From a virus (lineage: Duplodnaviria > Heunggongvirae > Uroviricota > Caudoviricetes), in IMG/VR virus record IMGVR_UViG_3300031087_000527, positions 1-64,000 of that record: DNA of 64,000 bases; one strand, given 5' to 3'. Position 1 is the stretch's first letter; each line of letters opens with the position of its first letter. Below the pieces are notes generated by a model. The model ran no database searches. It saw only the letters and a list, made by a program, of their open reading frames with translations, and was not told the DNA's origin. Position numbers and translations under genes: made by a program. This document shows, in pieces, positions 59,319 through 64,000 of the stretch.

Positions 59319-59804
59319 ATGAATAAAGTAGTAAAAATCAAGGATATTATTTCATCATTGAAAGGTGCTAAGCTGGAAGGCAATGCTTCTTTATTTCTCG
59401 ATGCGCTGGAGAAGAAAAAAGCGGAATATGATGCTTCGAATAATAAAGAGGTGCTATTTATTGAGGTTGATACCGACGATGACTTTTCGATAGCGAATGT
59501 TAAGCCACTGCTTGGAACTTACAGTATTTCTGTGGCTATTCAAAATGGCGAAAGCTATCATGAAGCTTTGGTGCGTGGTGTAGAAAGCATGGGCATTAAT
59601 ATGGAAGATAAATACGGAGGTGAAGACAACATCAACTACCAAGCACAGCATTTTATGGATATTGTTAAGTCTGATGATTCACGCGATTGTATTAATATGA
59701 CGGGATGGCTATCCGCTGGTGGAAATCAGACGATCAATGCGCAGGTTTCAGCGTGTATCCATGATTTTGAGTTTGAAGGTATTACGGTTGATCTGAGAGA
59801 TTAA
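59319..59804 (+). CDS. paralog family A protein
   Basis: SLKGAKLEGNASLFLDAL; ends VDLRD. Confidence 0.75.
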   Translation: MNKVVKIKDIISSLKGAKLEGNASLFLDALEKKKAEYDASNNKEVLFIEVDTDDDFSIANVKPLLGTYSISVAIQNGESYHEALVRGVESMGINMEDKYGGEDNINYQAQHFMDIVKSDDSRDCINMTGWLSAGGNQTINAQVSACIHDFEFEGITVDLRD

Positions 59805-59892
59805 AAAGGTATCTTCCGGGGGCACCCGCCCCGGAAGTAAAAAGGTTTGCATAGAACGTCAATAACTGTTATATTGTCATTAAATCAACGAT

Positions 59893-60117
59893 ATGGGAAA
59901 TTATGATATGAAGGCTATGCTGATTAAAATGAGTGAAAGCGAGTTGAAAGGTGTAAACTTTCGCTGGAATCTGTTTTGTTTTGTGATGATGTTTATCACG
60001 GCGGCATTGCTAGGCAAGCTTCCTGTGCTAATATCGTTTTCTATTGCGTTTGTAATGACGCTTTTCATTATGACCGGAAGCTATCTTTTGGATAAAGTTA
60101 ATCCTAAAAAAGAGTAG
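59893..60117 (+). CDS. small membrane protein
   Basis: 2 TM. Confidence 0.65.
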   Translation: MGNYDMKAMLIKMSESELKGVNFRWNLFCFVMMFITAALLGKLPVLISFSIAFVMTLFIMTGSYLLDKVNPKKE

Positions 60118-60180
60118 AAAGTAGTTGCCTTTTATTGTCATTATAGGTGATAATGTTTGTATTGAAAGAGAGGCAGGAAT

Positions 60181-60372
60181 ATGAACTGTAAAGAAGGTTT
60201 TAATCCGATCATGATGGTAGGTTATATTCTGAGTTTTATCACATCATTCCTTATGGCGTATAAAAATGCGGGATTTGCTGAGGCTTTTGTTCAATCAGCG
60301 GCTGTTGTGGTTTTCGTGATGGTTGTAATGACGTTCTTTGTTATTCCTCGTATTCGCGTGTTTCAGCGGTAA
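60181..60372 (+). CDS. small membrane protein
   Basis: 2 TM. Confidence 0.7.
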   Translation: MNCKEGFNPIMMVGYILSFITSFLMAYKNAGFAEAFVQSAAVVVFVMVVMTFFVIPRIRVFQR

Positions 60373-60486
60373 AGATAAAAACAGCCCTTTAAAAGTCTCT
60401 GTTCAGAAAGAAAAGTAAATCATTGAAAAGTTTGTTGCTTTTAGTATGGCAATCAAAGATAATCGTAAAAAATACAGGAGAGTTAG

Positions 60487-60720
60487 ATGAGTGAAGCTAA
60501 AGAAAAACTGCGTGAGTTTGTGAAGGAAGAAAGTAAAGGTATGAATCTTGTCATTAATGGTGTTATTTTTGGCTGGAATTTCCTTGATAATGTCGGACAT
60601 GATGGTGTTGTAAGTGCATTTTTCGGTGCGGCTATTACCACGATTATTGTTGCTGCTATTTGCCATTTTATTGTGCATCCTTACATTATGCCAGCTCTGA
60701 AAGATTTTTTTAAGCGTTAA
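60487..60720 (+). CDS. small membrane protein
   Basis: RBS AGGAG; TM. Confidence 0.7.
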   Translation: MSEAKEKLREFVKEESKGMNLVINGVIFGWNFLDNVGHDGVVSAFFGAAITTIIVAAICHFIVHPYIMPALKDFFKR

Positions 60721-60805
60721 AAGAAGCCGCCTCCGGGCGGTTTTTTGTTGCACAAGATAAAAGATGTCGCTATAATGTCAACATACAACTTAATGGGAAA
60801 AAGAA

Positions 60806-61387
60806 ATGAATATTAAGCCTTTTGCGATGGTTATGGTTAATCTGAATGGTGAGTGGGTTCTGGAATCAGTTGAAGCTGTCCGTCTTTACAACGCTAATGA
60901 GACAGAAGCTGAAAAAGATATGCGCGAGCTGACCTGTTATGCTGACTGGAAAAGCGGTTTGCTACCATCTGATGCCGAAGTGGGCGTTTTCGTGGTAAAA
61001 GGCGCAGGCGATCTGGATAAAGTGTATAGTGTATCTGGTAAGCGTATGTCTGATAAAGATATTGATGTTAACCGTATGCTTGAATACCAAAAAGATTTTT
61101 CTTTTATGGTGAAAGATGAAGATGTTACCTTCTCAGCGTCAGATGCTGAAGAGTTCACGGCAAATAGCAATGAGTTTAAATGCGATCAGGTTATTGTTTT
61201 AGGCAACGGTGTGTTCGGCTACATCCTTGATATTGATAACGTGTCTAATCTTGAGAAAAGAGAGGTTTGGTATGTAGAAATCAATGAAGGCAGTAAGTAC
61301 AAGCTTAAAGACGACCTCTTCTCTGTGGATGATTTGAAGAGCCTGGAAAACACTGGCGCTGTTTGTATAGGTAATATCACGCCATAA
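60806..61387 (+). CDS. hypothetical protein
   Basis: Own module. Confidence 0.75.
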   Translation: MNIKPFAMVMVNLNGEWVLESVEAVRLYNANETEAEKDMRELTCYADWKSGLLPSDAEVGVFVVKGAGDLDKVYSVSGKRMSDKDIDVNRMLEYQKDFSFMVKDEDVTFSASDAEEFTANSNEFKCDQVIVLGNGVFGYILDIDNVSNLEKREVWYVEINEGSKYKLKDDLFSVDDLKSLENTGAVCIGNITP

Positions 61388-61428
61388 CATTAAGCCGCCT
61401 CCGGGCGGTTTTATTTTACGTAAGATGG

Positions 61429-61470
61429 TTGTTTTTGTTGTCATAATTTGCTATACTGTTTTTATTGAAA
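61429..61470 (+). promoter_or_regulatory. sigma70 promoter with TTGTCAT box (Acb1-like gene)
   Basis: TTGTTT-17bp(ttgTTGTCATaatttgc)-TATACT-gtttttattgaaa. Confidence 0.8.
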
Positions 61471-61493
61471 TGGCTGAGAGAGAAGAAGATAAA

Positions 61494-61871
61494 ATGTTGA
61501 AATTATACATGGCAGCACTGAGTAAATCCGACCTTTCTGCACTTGATAATAAACACGTAACGTTATCATTTAGTGACACTAAAGCGACTGAAAAACTTTC
61601 TTTCAATGATCTAATGGGTTTCTTTCCGTGTCAGGGTTATGTAAAAGATGTGGTATATTGGGAACGCGCTGATGTTACAGTAGCATTGTTAAACGTAGAA
61701 AATATTCTTGAGGCGCAAAATTATTGTGCGAGTGTTGGCTTTGATTATGATTTGGAGTTCATCCCTCATATTACGCTTGGTCGAGGTGATTTGGTGAGTG
61801 AATCAAGAGATGTGATCTGGCGATCTCTGGAGCTTGTTGATTGCTATATCCGACTGAAAGATTTTAACTAA
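61494..61871 (+). CDS. acb1: 2H phosphoesterase, Acb1 (T4 57B)-like anti-CBASS nuclease candidate
   Basis: Two HxT motifs (KHVTLSFS, PHITL); LYMAA and Y...G..(Y/H)D..(F/Y).PHITL as in T4 Acb1. Confidence 0.65.
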   Translation: MLKLYMAALSKSDLSALDNKHVTLSFSDTKATEKLSFNDLMGFFPCQGYVKDVVYWERADVTVALLNVENILEAQNYCASVGFDYDLEFIPHITLGRGDLVSESRDVIWRSLELVDCYIRLKDFN

Positions 61872-61939
61872 GCCACTCGACAGTAGCCGCCTCCGGGCGG
61901 TTTTTCTTTTTAAATCTTTACGAAGTCTCCTATTGCTTT

Positions 61940-62048
61940 TGTTATAAAAATCAGCTTGCCGAAGATTCTTATCAGTATCATTACAGTATTTTCTGCTAAG
62001 CTTTACGGCAAACGCTCTCATGCTAATAAGAAAAGCATTATGGCTTAA
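61940..62048 (+). pseudogene. tnpA: IS607 TnpA (serine recombinase) C-terminal remnant, frameshifted
   Basis: QLAED[+1 T]LISIITVFSAKLYGKRSHANKK = canonical IS607 TnpA C-terminal helix. Confidence 0.8.
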
Positions 62049-62113
62049 TAATATATTTGATTTTGCTCAGTATTTATTGTATCGTTTTCCCATAAATAAA
62101 GGATAAACTTACT

Positions 62114-63877
62114 GTGGCTCAAGCTAAAGATACTCGCGTCATTACCATTAATGCTAAAGTTAATGCATCCGCTTTCACAGCGGATGAAGCCGCTTTTCTT
62201 AATGAGTATCTCAACCACTATAATCACATCAAGTTTATCACCGCCTCTAAAATCAAAAAGAAATCCCTCACCGGGCTTTCTATTAGCCAAATCAAATCCC
62301 TCTGCGACAGAAACGATATATTACCATACCGTATTTTCAACGCGGGATTATACCAGCAGATCCACGGACAGATTAAGTCTCAGTTATCGAATAAGGAAAA
62401 CTATCTTGATAACGTCAGGGATAAAATCAAATCGGTAGAAAAGAAGCTGCAGAAGCAGCTTAATACCGTGATTTTAATCAACAGCATGACGCCTGTTCAG
62501 AGAAACTACGCTGCTAACCGCAAGCGGTTAGCTAAAGCTGTTGTTAACTCAGCAACCTACCGCAATCAGCTTCTTCGATTACGCTCGCGTGAGCAGAGGC
62601 TGAGTCATGAGATAGCCAACGGTGATTTTAAAATCTGCTACGGCTCTGCCGGGCTGCTGAGTAAACGAAACCGTATTCACGTCAATGACAAAGAAAAGCT
62701 GAGTTCATGGAGAAAACAATGGAACGCTTTACGCTACGGTCAGATGTTATTCGTTGGCTCAACCGATGAGCTGCTGGGCAACTCAAATGCCAATATCGCT
62801 CTGGATGAGAATAACCAGTTTATTCTTAACATAACCGTTCCTGTTTCAATGAAAAAACAATACGGTTTTTCTAAGGTGTCGGTTCCGGTTAAGGTTTCCT
62901 ATTATACTGAAGAGCTGAAAAACCATATTGATTTCCATCTTTATTGTAAAAAGGCGTGTAAGCATACTAAAGCGGAAAAAGAAGCGGCTAAGGCCAGAGG
63001 AAAAGCGCTAAAGGTTCCCACGTCTTCGCTTTCCATCAGGCTGATGAGAAATGCGAAAGGGGACTACGATATAGGGATTGGTCTTAATACAAGTCTGGAG
63101 CGCAGGCCTGAGCTTAAGACGGTAGAGGGTTATGGTCTGATTGGTGTGGACATCAATCCAGACCACCTGGATGTAGCTGAGACGGATGCTAAGGGGAACT
63201 ACCTGAGAGGTTGGTCTGTTCCTGTGGATTTGAAAGATAAGTCAACAAAACAGCGCAAAACGATACTCAGTCAGGCGACGAAGAGCATAGTGGACTATGC
63301 TCTGAGCGTGGGAAAGAGTGTGGTGATTGAGGATCTGGATTTCACGAAGAAAAAGAAAGCATTAAAAGACAACTATAATAAGCACTATGCGCGGATGCTG
63401 TCGGCGTTTGCGTATGGTAAGATCAGGGAGTATTTTACGGGTCAGTGCTGGCGGTTAGGTGTAGGTTTACTGGCGGTAAACCCGGCATATACGAGTTTTA
63501 TCGGAAACGTGAAATACAGGTCAAAGATAACACCTGAAGCGAATAAGCATACGCCAGCGGCGTATGTGATAGCGCGAAGGTGTCAGGGATTTGGTGAGAA
63601 ATTTCCTGAGTCGGTGGTAAGGTTAAGAAAGGTTAAAAAAGAAAACGTAGACGTTTTAATGGCAGAGCAGGTACTACTGAGAGAGATAGGAGCTGACGGA
63701 GGAAAAGCGAGATTTTCCAATTTAAAACGACTACAAAAGAAGGCATATGGTAATGGCAGAGACCTTGAGATATCAAGTATGCGATTACAGAAGATGCCGG
63801 GTCTTAATGGTATTCCGTTATGCCATGAGCTATTTGTATCCAACCGCTACGCGTTTGGATGCGGGAGCTTGAAATAA
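62114..63877 (+). CDS. tnpB: TnpB-related protein (RuvC-III variant)
   Basis: GVDINPDHL (RuvC-I), VIEDLDF (RuvC-II), VNPAYTSFIG, HTPAAYVIARR; no Zn finger. Confidence 0.88.
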   Translation: MAQAKDTRVITINAKVNASAFTADEAAFLNEYLNHYNHIKFITASKIKKKSLTGLSISQIKSLCDRNDILPYRIFNAGLYQQIHGQIKSQLSNKENYLDNVRDKIKSVEKKLQKQLNTVILINSMTPVQRNYAANRKRLAKAVVNSATYRNQLLRLRSREQRLSHEIANGDFKICYGSAGLLSKRNRIHVNDKEKLSSWRKQWNALRYGQMLFVGSTDELLGNSNANIALDENNQFILNITVPVSMKKQYGFSKVSVPVKVSYYTEELKNHIDFHLYCKKACKHTKAEKEAAKARGKALKVPTSSLSIRLMRNAKGDYDIGIGLNTSLERRPELKTVEGYGLIGVDINPDHLDVAETDAKGNYLRGWSVPVDLKDKSTKQRKTILSQATKSIVDYALSVGKSVVIEDLDFTKKKKALKDNYNKHYARMLSAFAYGKIREYFTGQCWRLGVGLLAVNPAYTSFIGNVKYRSKITPEANKHTPAAYVIARRCQGFGEKFPESVVRLRKVKKENVDVLMAEQVLLREIGADGGKARFSNLKRLQKKAYGNGRDLEISSMRLQKMPGLNGIPLCHELFVSNRYAFGCGSLK

Positions 63878-64000
63878 GTATTTTAGACGCTGATTGCTCA
63901 CGTGATCAGATTTGTATAGTTTAAAATAAACGGTAGACTTTGCTGGAAATGCGCTGATCGGAACATTCCATTATCTCGGCTTGTTCATGATTGGTGGTGT

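Larger units (their letters stand above)
14170..61905 (+). repeat. dispersed terminator repeat GCCGCCTCCGGGCGG(T)n
   Basis: Exact 15-mer copies at 14170, 16333, 19399, 20075, 21749, 23044, 29354, 29734, 30128, 31001, 31312, 50082, 60726, 61394, 61886, plus many TTCG/TACG/TGCG-loop variants; each follows a stop codon. Confidence 0.9.
61940..63933 (+). mobile_element. left-truncated IS607-family element
   Basis: tnpA remnant + tnpB; putative right end ...TTTAAAATAAACGG at 63933 followed by coding-like flank. Confidence 0.7.

Noticed and set aside
14170-61905. Repeated GCCGCCTCCGGGCGG hairpins as a CRISPR array or guide array for the TnpBs
   Set aside because: Spacing is gene-sized and irregular, each hairpin follows a stop codon with a U-tract, and no cas genes are present; they are intrinsic terminators
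1150-61910. Integron attC cassette array
   Set aside because: No RYYYAAC/GTTRRRY core-site pairs, no integrase, and the modules carry their own promoters
881-63843. Numerous minus-strand ORFs overlapping + strand genes (e.g. 40925-41551, 32168-32584)
   Set aside because: Shadow frames of skewed coding DNA; no RBS, and they run through terminators (KKPPGGG translations)
1-64000. tRNA or rRNA genes
   Set aside because: No cloverleaf with GTTCRA T-loop context or rRNA-like sequence seen by eye

Overview
AT-rich, G-skewed 64 kb accessory region of a large Enterobacterales mobile element. It looks most like a jumbo-phage early/host-takeover region, but a phage-plasmid or megaplasmid cannot be excluded because no capsid, replication or conjugation hallmark gene is in the window. 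About 130 mostly short, unknown ORFs lie almost all on the + strand. They are organised as dozens of 1-3 gene modules, each bounded by a near-identical cUNCGg intrinsic terminator (GCCGCCTCCGGGCGGTTTT family) and a strong sigma70 promoter carrying a recurring TTGTC(A/G/T)T box at variable position and orientation, which suggests an operator-controlled cassette regulon. Recognisable cargo: Acb1-like 2H phosphoesterase, NUDT16-like Nudix hydrolase, NinI/PphA-type phosphatase, miniature kinase-like protein, GNAT, YedI/DUF808, a Zn-repeat homing-type endonuclease, LPD29- and DUF551-like proteins, and many internal paralog families. Two non-autonomous IS607-type TnpB elements are present: one splits an Ead/Eae-like gene and the other retains a frameshifted tnpA remnant. 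Several intergenic Chi sites and many C-terminal -AA (ClpXP-type) tails are also visible. All homology calls are by eye from remembered motifs; no searches were run.
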